Part shown: piece after piece, positions 27,213 to 37,802 of the stretch
Numbering within the stretch: position 1 is the first letter of the stretch
Layout of the letters: each line of letters starts with the position of its first letter
Assembly (NCBI GenBank): GCA_951406725.2
Contig: OX597839.1
Coordinates: forward strand, 36,766,001 to 36,830,000
Direction of reading: 5' to 3'
DNA: 64,000 bases
Source of the DNA: Octopus vulgaris
Taxonomy: Eukaryota
Notes under the pieces: model-generated
Told to the model about the DNA's origin: nothing
What the model saw: the letters and a program-made list of their open reading frames with translations, nothing else
The model's database searches: none
Translations under genes and position numbers: made by a program

Positions 27213-28007
27213 TGTGTACAGTGCTCAGGTGCACTACAACTCATCTAAAGTGTATATATAATCAGGTGTAGTTTCGGCGGATTTTGGAAAGCATGAGGGC
27301 CTTAAAGGATGCAGTGTCATGGCAGTCAACAACTGACGCAGGCAGTTTATTCCATGCTTCAGCAACTCTGAGCGTGAAAAAATGTTTCCGAAAGTCATGG
27401 GAGCTGTGTTGTTTTCTGACTTTGTAGGCATGTCCACATGTGTTAGACACATGGAGATCAAAAAGGTGTTCAGTGTTGTTGTTGGTGAGGTGGTTGATAA
27501 CCTTGTGGGTGTTTACCAAGTCCGTCGCCAGACGCCGGAGCTTCAGTGAATCCATGCCCAGGGAAACAAGGTGCTCAGAATATGGTAGGTGTCTGATGGA
27601 GGGTATGCGTTTGGTTGCACGTCTCTGAACAGATTCCAGGAGGTCAATGTTCTGAGCAAGATAGGGATTCCAAACTGATGATGCGAATTCCAAGTGTGGT
27701 CGTACCATAGCTATATACAGTTTTAAATAGATGGCTGGAGAGCGGCTAAGAAAAGTCTTGCTGAGTGATGCCAAGACACCCTCGGCCTTCCTGACAATTT
27801 TAGAGATATGCTTTGTCCAACGCAAATCACTGCTGACAGTGATGCCTAGGTCACGCTCGCAAGAGGATTTCTTGATATCAGAGTTGTGGAGGGAGTATGT
27901 GGACGCAGGGTTTTTTCTCCCAAAATGCATGGTGGTACACTTGTCCACAGCCAGTTTCAGTTGCCAGTCTGTGATCCATTGCTGCATTGTGTCTAGGTCT
28001 GATTGCA
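27179..28007 (-). mobile_element. 5'-truncated CR1/L2-like LINE 3' end, same family as 9178-9873
   Basis: 241-aa open frame with WQLKLAVDKC...ERDLGI...VRPHLEFASSVWNPY...WNKLP; (ATT)n tail. Confidence 0.9.
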
Positions 28008-28099
28008 GGAAAGAGTTGTAGACTTTTTATATTTTGTTGAGGCTTTTTATATTCTTAGCTCAAATCCTCCAATTTTAACTTTGTTTTTCATCCTTTGGG

Positions 28100-29113
28100 G
28101 TGGGGTGTCAATTAAAATGAAGTACCAGTCAAGTACTGGGTTTGATTTGACTAACTTCATTTCCAAAATTTCTTGTCTTGTGCCTTGGCAGAATGTTTAG
28201 AACTTTGGACAAAATATAAAGTACTGGGGTTGATGGTGTCAACTTAAGCCCTTTCCTAAAATTGCTGAATTTGTGTCAAAGTTTGAAACCATTATTATTA
28301 TTATCATCATTACTATTATTAAGTGAGCTGGCAGAATCATTAGCATGCTGGATAAAATGCTTAGCAGCATTTCATCTGCCTTTATGTTCTGAGTTCAAAT
28401 TCTGCTGAGGTCAGCTTTACCTTCCATTGTTTCAGAATTGATAAAATAAATATCAGTTAAGCACCCATCTGGATGTAATTCACTTTACCCATCTCCTGAA
28501 ATAGCTGGCCTTGTGTCTAAATTTGAAATTACTATTAAGATGTCAAGCTGGTAGAATTGTTACTGCACCAGACAAAATGCTTAGCAGTATTTATTGCCAT
28601 GTCTCAAGTTCAAATTCCACTGAGGTCAACATTGTCTATCATCTTTTCAAAGTTGATAAAATAAACAGCAGTAAAGCACTGGGTTTGATGTATTTGACTG
28701 ACCACCTACCCCTAAGATTGCTGGCCTTGTACCAAAATTTGAAACCATTATTATTATAAAAAGGTGTTGAACTGGTAAAATCATGACTGTCAAAAAAACT
28801 ACCTTGTATTTCTTCTGGTTCTTTATGTTCAGATTTCAAATGACACTAAAGTTAATTTTGCCTTTCATCTGTTGGAGGTTGATAAAAATGGTATCACCTA
28901 CTCCTTCTCTCCTCAAAATTGCTGGCCTTGTGTCTGATTCAGAATTTATTATCATTATTACTATTATTATTATTATTATTATTACTTATTAATTATTATT
29001 ACAATTATTATTATTATTACAATTATTATTATTATTATTACAATTATTATTATTATTACAATTATTATTATCATTACTATTATTATTATTATTACAATTA
29101 TTATTATTATTAC

Positions 29114-29164
<51 letters not shown>

Positions 29165-29622
29165 TATTACTATTATTATTATTATTGAAAGCAGCAAGCT
29201 GGCAGAATTAGCACGGTAGACGAAATGCTTAGTGATATTCACTCGTCATTACATTTAGTTCAAATTCCGCCAAGGTCGACTTTGCTTTCCATCCTTTCAG
29301 GGTCGACAAATTAAGTACCAGAGAAACACTAGGGTTGATGTAATCGACTATTCCCTTCCCCTAAATTTCATGTCTTGTGCCTAAGGATTATTATTATTAA
29401 GGCAGTGATCTGGCAGAATTGTTAACACATTGGTAAAAATACTAAGCAGCATTCTTTCTGGCTCAGTATGTTCTGAGTTCGAATCCTGCTGAAGTCAACT
29501 TTGCCTTTCATCCTTTTAGGGATGATGAAATAAAATAGCAGTCAAGTACTGGCGTTGATGTAATTGACTTGTCCCCTCTTTTTAAAATTGCTGGCCTTGT
29601 GCCAAAATTAGAATTATTATTG
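28100..29622 (+). mobile_element. Head-to-tail cluster of about 5 copies plus fragments of SINE family B, each ending in (ATT)n
   Basis: Repeated GCTGGCAGAAT...GAGTTCAAATTC...TTTGCCTTTCATCCTTT...GTCGA/TTGATAAA...GTACC...GCTGGCCTTGTG...ATTATT, with starts near 28320, 28537, 28760, 29187 and 29399. Confidence 0.85.
28947..29186. repeat. (ATT/TAC)n microsatellite, ~240 bp
   Basis: Expanded tail of a family B SINE; source of the poly-Y and poly-I ORFs. Confidence 0.95.
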
Positions 29623-29848
29623 TTTTCGTTCTTCTTTCAATTTTGTTTTCATTTCTTGCTGAATTTCTTCCCAATGCATAGAGCAAAGAAATTCACTGTT
29701 TACATTGGTAGGCCATTAAAATAAACACACCAGATTGTTCATTTACAAAGTTAAGTTATGTGATAGAAAAAAAAAAGGAAAAAAGAAAATAGAAGGAAAG
29801 AAAAAAAGAGTTATGATTGCTATAATTATTATCATTGTTGTTTTCCAG

Positions 29849-30095
29849 ATGTCGGGTCAACGTTATAAACGGACGAACTTTGAAGATGACGACGTGTCCA
29901 ATGGTGGGACACCGACTATAGATTTCAACCCAAGTGTTGTCCTCTTCAAGGGTGGTCTCACCACATGGCAACGTAAGACGGTGTTGGAGCGAGTTCTGAT
30001 CACCCTGTCCATCATACTCAGTGCTGTGGTCATCATATTGGCCATCATGCTAACAGTGAAACAGTCCAAGATTAACCAAATCGAAGGAGAACAAA
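29849..30095 (+). CDS. ECE1: ECE-like coding exon 1: cytoplasmic tail and transmembrane anchor ([15 protein letters not shown]...[20 protein letters not shown]...EGEQ)
   Basis: ttttccag|ATG acceptor; A|gtaagt donor; hydrophobic TM stretch; YKRT-acidic motif resembles ECE-1 MSTYKRATLDEED. Confidence 0.92.
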
Positions 30096-31319
30096 GTAAG
30101 TTGTTGCAATAACACCATCACCACAGCTACTAACCACCATCACCACCACTACTACTACTACCATCACCACAACTACTGCCACTACCAGCAGCTACTACCA
30201 CTACCATTCGCATTCATGAAATTGCACAAAACCAGAGTTCATTCCTTACCCCATACCCACCCACCCTATAGCTTTTACTAATTCCAGTTAAACATTATTG
30301 ATGGAATTGTTAAATTGTCAGACAAGATGTCGTCTGTTAATTTATTCCAGTTTTTCAGGTCCTGAATTGTTGTGTGGCAGACTTATTCCATCACCTGGTT
30401 TTTGGCTCATTTTAAATGGAATCCATTTAATACTAATGTTCAGGCCCAGTCTCTGGTTCAGGGATAACTTACTTCCATCAGCTACAAAGATATTTAAAAT
30501 ATATATATATATATGTGTGTGTGTAATCTAAATAATATATGAATATATACATAATACATACATATATGTACATACCTACATATATATATAATCAAAAAAA
30601 TGTTGAACACAATGAGAAACAAAAACATAGAAACAAACTTTTTTCGAACAATGAAAAAAACAAACAGGGAAACAAGACGTACAACATAAAGAATATTCCC
30701 CTTCTTCAGTTGTCCCTGTTTTATCTACTCCACGTTTCGAAGGCAAAGACAAGACGCAACTTCGTTGAAACAGTCCTTCCTGTAAGGCAAATTAAATAAA
30801 ATTTTTGAGGAGGGTGAAAGTGGTAACAAGAACAGGACAGTGAGAACAAAACAGTAAAAACAAACAGTGAGGGCTGTTAAGCCAAGATGATAGAAAAATT
30901 ATTATGAATGCTAGGAAGATGAGCTTATGAAGGAGACGGTATAAGCACGTTTTGTCTTTACGAAGGTAGTTGTCAGAAAGATAGATTCTCTTTAGTCACG
31001 TGTCAGCGATGAGAGGTGAGGAGGAGTGAGAGAGAGGGAACGGTGAAAAGGAGAGGAGAAGAATAGGGAAGGGTGGGAGAGAAAACCCAGAAAGGATGAA
31101 GAACAAGAGAGGGAGAGATAGAGAAGAGATAGTAAAGATAGAAGAGTGTGCCTTACAGCAGCAGTGGCTGTGTGGTAAGTAGCTTGTTTACCAACCACAT
31201 GGTTCCGGGTTCAGTCCCACTGCGTGGCACCTTGGGCAAGTGTCTTCTATTATAGCCTTGGGCCGACCAAAGCCTTGTGAGTGGATTTGGTAGACGGAAA
31301 CTGAAAGAAGCCCGTCGTA

Positions 31320-31375
<56 letters not shown>

Positions 31376-31640
31376 CGTGTGTGTGTTTGTGTGTCTGTAT
31401 TTGTCCCCCTAGCATTGCTTGACAACCGATGCTAGTGTGTTTATGTCCCCGTTACTTAGCGGTTTGGCAAAAGAGACCGATAGAATAAGTACTGGGCTTA
31501 CAAAAGAATAAGTCCCGGGGTCGAGTTGCTCGATTAAAGGCAGTGCTCCAGCATGGCCACAGTCAAATGACTGAAACAAGTAAAAGAGTAAAGAGTAAAG
31601 AGAATATGCATACATACTTACATATCAGATAGATAAAGGC

Positions 31641-31675
<35 letters not shown>

Positions 31676-34600
31676 TTAAAAGAGAAGAAAGTAGAATGGT
31701 TGTCATAGCAACCTATGAAAGCATTGACATTACAGTTGATGTATGCTACTGGTCCAAGAGTACCAAAGAGAGACTGATTAATGTGATAACAATAATGTGA
31801 AACACAGTTGTGTAAATCTTACCTCAATGGACATCTTGGTGATGAATACCAAGCCTCTCTCTTGTTCTCTTAATTATAATTTATTCTCCTCTCTTCTTTT
31901 CTCCCTCTCTCATTTTACTCTCTGTAACTTTCTCTTCTCATACTCTGTATATTTCACTCTTACTCTCCTTTTTCTTACAACCTGCATCTCTTATATCATT
32001 TTCTCATTTTACATTCTCTATATTCCCTCTCTCTCCTCTTCTATTCCCTGTCTAATGCCTTCTTAGATATTCCCCCCCCTCTCACACTCACTACCTCCTT
32101 TATCCTCATCTCCTCCACCCCTCGTCACCAGTTTCTTGTTCGTCAATTTGTAAATCACAGTATAATTATTTATTTTCTCATTCCAACTCTCTTGTTAATG
32201 ACAACTTAAGACTAGTTAAGTCGATCTGCCTGGAGTCAGAGAGGGAAGGTGTGTGTGGATGATACTCAGATAGAGAGAAATGCTTGATTAATCTGAAACA
32301 ATCATGGAGATAAAATTTCTTCAGATAGTTATATAGCTTTACCTGTACAAATTGGATTTACAGGTTTACCTCCACATACACATAGAATTGTACAGGTTTA
32401 TCTTCAAATGTTACGTATATATTATATCATACCTTGATACTGTGTCGACTAAGATCCCCATTGACAGGCCACTAGTACTTATAGAGTGTTAAACAATTTC
32501 TGTGTGCAAATTAGGGACTCCTTCATAGTGTAACTGCTGCATTTGTTGAGTATATAAACAGTTTTGGCTGCTTGTTTCTCTGGAGACTGTCAGAATGGTG
32601 TAGACATCTGATGAGAATCCAATAAGATTTTTAAAAATAAATTAGGGTTGTTCATCATTATTTCAGTCTGCAGAGAAATGGTTAAAATTTGCTCTGTTTA
32701 TAATCATACCATATGTTACATATATGAATTATCAATGCATATTTCTTACAGCTACAGCTGACTTCATATGAGGCATAGGATCCACCTGCACTCAAAATGA
32801 AGCTGTATATATAAGGCACCCATGCTTGTTCCTCTATCATACTTTAACCTTTTGACACCTGGCACACACCCATTCACCTCCATACACCCATCCAAAATAC
32901 TCCTTAGTAGTGGGAGGTTCTTCCTCCTTTTCCTTCTCTGTTCTTTTCTGTCTTGCAAATTACATGGCAACCTTACAAGTGCCAGTGGAACTTGTAAGTA
33001 TTCTCTGTAAATTGGTCAGTGTTTGGAAGGGCAACCAAACGTAGAAACCATGCCAAAGATGACACTGGAGATCAACACAGCCCTGTAGCTCACTGATCAA
33101 AATATCCTATCCATGCCAGCATGGAAAGCAGATGTAAAATGATGATGTATGAAATGCGTGGATGTATGAAATAATTAAGCAATTAAGTGAAGTCTTGTAT
33201 CATTAGCAGTATCATTAGACAAAATGCTTTGCGTGGATTTTATTCTGGCTCTCTGCATGGAGTGCAACTATAATTTCATCCTTTCTCTTGCCTTGCAACT
33301 GGCATGTCTTGAATGTTCCACTGTATTGAGAGAGTATTTGTGTGTGATTGTGACTACATGGGCACCTAAAACAAAGAAAAGAAAAAAGAATGACATCAGT
33401 GAAGGGCAAAGTGTATGCTAATACTAGATCATAGCTTGATTGTGGGCAACAGCTGTAGTTAACCAGAGTAATTGAATTAACTGAATTCACAGGGTAATAA
33501 ATTACGAAATTTTAGTATTGCCTACAGTAACATACTGTTACTGTTTTACACATGCATGGATTATGTAATGAAATACATAGATTATATAATTAAAATAATT
33601 TTTTTCTTTCTGAACCCTTTTTATGTACACATACTTTTATTATTCCATCCAATCCAATCGATTTGATTTTCTTGATATGTATCAGCATAAGTATTAAATA
33701 GAGTTATCAAGTAGCTTAAGGAATAACACTGGAACATTTACTGACATGGTGACACAGTACTGAGAGTAGAGTGATATTTATGTTGACTGCGACTTAAAAT
33801 TTCACCTTAATTGCTTGAGGTGTTTGAATTCACATTGTTATTCTTCAATCATCTAAGCTTAACCTAATCCATACATTCTGGTAACAATTTTCACATCAAT
33901 ATTTAACGTCCATGTTCCATGATGGCATGGGTTAGATGGTTTGACAAGATCTGATAGAGCCTAGGACTATATTGTGTTTGAGTGTATGCTTTGCATTGGT
34001 TTCTAAAGCTTGATACCTTTCCAAACACCAACCACTTTACAGTGTAGACTTGGTGCTTTTTTTGTGCTGCCAGCACATACATTAAATTATCCAATGGTAA
34101 CTAAAAGGTTATGCCAATTAAGAGACATTTGATTGGGTCAATCACAGGTTAATATAGTGGAAACAACTTCCATTCATTGATTGAGTCAAAACTTCTACCA
34201 CTGCTACTCCCATCGTATCAATACCTATTTCTCCATGCTTGCATGAGCCAGTCCACATCAAGGCAGAATTTTCTACATTTAGATGCTCTTTTTGTTGCCA
34301 ACCTTCACTTGTTTCTGGCCTATTGAACAACAAACAACTGATATATGCTTTTGTAGCGAACAATAAATGACACTATTTGTATGAACAATGAAGCTTTTGA
34401 TTATAATCAGCTTGCAACATGTCAAGAGCCCCAGTCAGGTTTACACAGTGGACTGCAAACAAATGACACCACCTGTATGAATGATGAAGCTTTTACTCTC
34501 TCTTTTACTTGTTTCGTTATTTGACTATGGCCATGCTGGAGCACCGCCTTTAGTCGAGCGAATCGACCCCAGAACTTATTCTTTGTAATCCTAGTACTTA

Positions 34601-37600
34601 TTCTATCGGTCTCTTTTGCCGAACCACTAAGTTACAGGGACGTAAACACACCAGCATCGGTTGTCAAGTGACTGAACCCGGAACCATGTGGTTCGTAAGC
34701 AAGCTACTTACCACACAGCCAATCCTACGCCTATTAACACACAAGCATGTCAAGATGAGAGGAAATATGGACTTAGCCGCACACACACAATATGGGCTTC
34801 TTTATGTTTCTATCTACCAATTTCACTTATAAGGTGTTGGTCAACCAGCTGACTGCATCTGCCCATGTGACTGAACCCCTAACCACATAATACTGAAAAT
34901 AAATTCTCAACTCAGTGTTTATCTTCATTGTTAAGTCACCTTTATTCCAGCTCTTGTCTTTTGGTGGTGGTGGTTATTTTTGAAAGGTAGTGAACAAAGT
35001 TGTCTGTATTGAATTAATCAATCCACCATGTAGAAGTGATTTGCCATATGGTCCTAATTTTAAAGATGGTTTGAACTCTTTTGAGAGAGAGGTAACTTGC
35101 TATATGGACAAAGTCAAGTAAGTTATTACACAGTAGCCTCTTCATACTGTCCCTATTTCAACAGTAGCAAAGAGAGAGAGAGAGAGAGAGGTTAAAAGAT
35201 CAAATATTCCCTAATTGTCTTAAATTTCTATTTTTTAATAGAGTACTGCCTGACACCAGCCTGTGTAACTGTAGCCAGCACTGTGTTAAATTCCATGGAT
35301 AAAACTGTGGATCCCTGTAAGGATTTTTTCCAGTATGCTTGTGGTGGCTGGATTAAGAACCATCCAATCCCATCTGGTTACTCCACATGGGGTACATTTG
35401 GAGTGCTTCGCAAACAGAACCAAATTATTATGAAACATGTGATAGGTAAGTATTTTTCACTTCTTCCCAGCTATTACAACCCTTAATCATCTGCCATCAT
35501 GGGGCACTGCTTCACTATCTAAATGTTGCCAACCATGTTTGTATTTTCTATATTTTGTCATGTTCAATCATTGTTGGGAGGAAGTAGATTGGCAGAATTC
35601 TTAGATTTTTGAGAAAAATGTCATGCTTCTAAATCTTGTCATGGTCAACTTTGCCATTCATCTTTCTGGGATCAATTAAATAAATTAGCATTGAGATATT
35701 GAGGTTAGTTGAATAAATTGATTTAGATGTCTCCCAGGTTTCTTCAAAGATTTTTATTGAGAATCTCAAAAGTGTCTACTTAATGTTGCTTGTATTTGGG
35801 TGAACAAGAATCTAAATTCTGCTGGCCATAGTATTTCTGTGAGCAGCAGCAACATCAGGTATATGAACTCTGTAAGACATTAAATATAATGATAGAATGA
35901 TGTCTTACAAATGCTGTATGTGATGTGTCTATCACTGTGGTCAGTACATATCGACAGAAGGAAAACAGAAACAGGCTGGTCACAAACCCTGCCTTATCTC
36001 TATCACCTTGACTTGATGGCTATTATTGTTGCTTAGCCCCATATCAACCCACTGCTAACTAGACTCTCCCACCTTATCTTGTTTTATAGGTCACTAGATG
36101 GCTGTTGTCGTGTAGCCCCAGGATGGCCCACTGTCAACTAGACCCTCCCACACTATCTTATCAGTCTCTAGACAGCTGTTGTTGTCTAGTCCCAGATCAG
36201 CACTAGACCAATATTTTCAGATATATCTAGAACTATACTATCTACACCCTTGGTTCCCAAACTTTTTCAAAATTTTCGTCCTACAGACCCCCTCCCATTT
36301 ATTTGAGGCTTTGCAGACCTCCACCCCTGCCCCAAAATGTAAAAATCAGAGAAGACGAACAAAGCAAAATGACCTTGTATAAAATAACTTTCCATGAGAT
36401 AAAATTTTACTGATAAAATAAAAAACAGTTTTAATGAGAAGGGTGAACTTGTTTGGTCAGTAATATGTCCTCAATATTAGGCTGCATTTTTGATAATGCA
36501 ACCCTCATGACATGCGCAACATCCAGTTTATTGCGAGCCTTTGTTTTAATTGCAAGTAAAGTTGCAAAAGCCTTCTCATGTTCATATGTTGTTGCGAATG
36601 AAAGGATGAATTTGAGGGCCAATTTGGCGACATCTGGATAGTACTGCATCATTTCAATCAAGAATTGACTGCAACACGTTACAGAAGGCGTTTTTTGCAC
36701 CTCCATCATTCAGCAAGTTTTTGAATGACGTAGTCTTCTGACAGACGGTCAACAGCAGAGATTGCAAAGAGATTGGTTATGAAATGATGAACTTTTTCGA
36801 AGTCTTGTAGGTCAGGGAAGTATTAAGACATGCTGTTTCATTATATCAAAGATGTCAGCATCAATTCAAAGGCAATCTTCATCAAGGAAAGATTTGAGGT
36901 TTGGAAATGGTGCAAAATTCTCACATGTCAATTTAAAAAGCCACAAATGGAGCTTCATTTTAAATGCAGTCATTTTTTCATGACAGTGGACAACAGTGAT
37001 GTCCTTTCCTTGTAGTGCTAAGTTAACAGAATTAACTGATTGAAAAATGTTGACCAAAAAGGAGAGACATATAAGGAACCAAGTATTGGAGAATTGTCTG
37101 TGCAGTTCTATTTTAGCAAAACAAAGAAATTTGTTTATCTCCTTTCATAGAACGAAGAGTCTTTTCATTACTATCCCCTCGGATAACCACCTCACATGTG
37201 AGTACAGTAAAAGCATTTCAAAATTGGAGCCATTGACCTTGCACAAGTCAGCAAAAAGATGTGAGTTTAGAGAATTGGCTTTGATAAAATTTACCGCTTT
37301 GACCACCTCCTTCAAAACATTCTTCAAATGGTTGGGCATTGTTTTAATCATGAATGCTTGGTGATGAAGTGTACAATGCATACCAGTTGCATTAGGAAAC
37401 TTCTCCTTCACCATTGTCTGGAAGCCAGAGCGGCAACCAAGCATTGCTGGAGCACATGCCAACAACATGCTCCCATTTTATGCCATGCGTGTTAAAGAAT
37501 TGATCCACTTTCTAGAATATATCGTTTGCAGTGGTTCGGGTGTTGAGAATTTCACAAAAAGGAATTAATTTTCCAGGTGTAACATGCATAAACATGTAAC

Positions 37601-37763
37601 ATGCATAAACACAAAGTTGTGCTAAATCTGCCACATCAGTAGTTTCATCAATATAGTGTGTATGCGTATGTATATACACACACCTTCATCATCATCAATT
37701 TTCCATGTTGGATTGGGTTGCATAACAGTAATGGTCCACACATATAAGATGTATGTGTTTGTT

Positions 37764-37802
<39 letters not shown>

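Noticed and set aside
28919-29242. Poly-Tyr and poly-Ile ORFs
   Set aside because: Translation of an (ATT)n microsatellite.
29735-29848. N-terminal extension of the ORF-track entry 29735..30112
   Set aside because: Non-ATG start and low-complexity A-rich sequence ending in a canonical acceptor; treated as intron.
36431-37650. Domesticated ZBED/SCAND3-like gene
   Set aside because: Multiple frameshifts and stops, missing N-terminus, terminal repeat still present.
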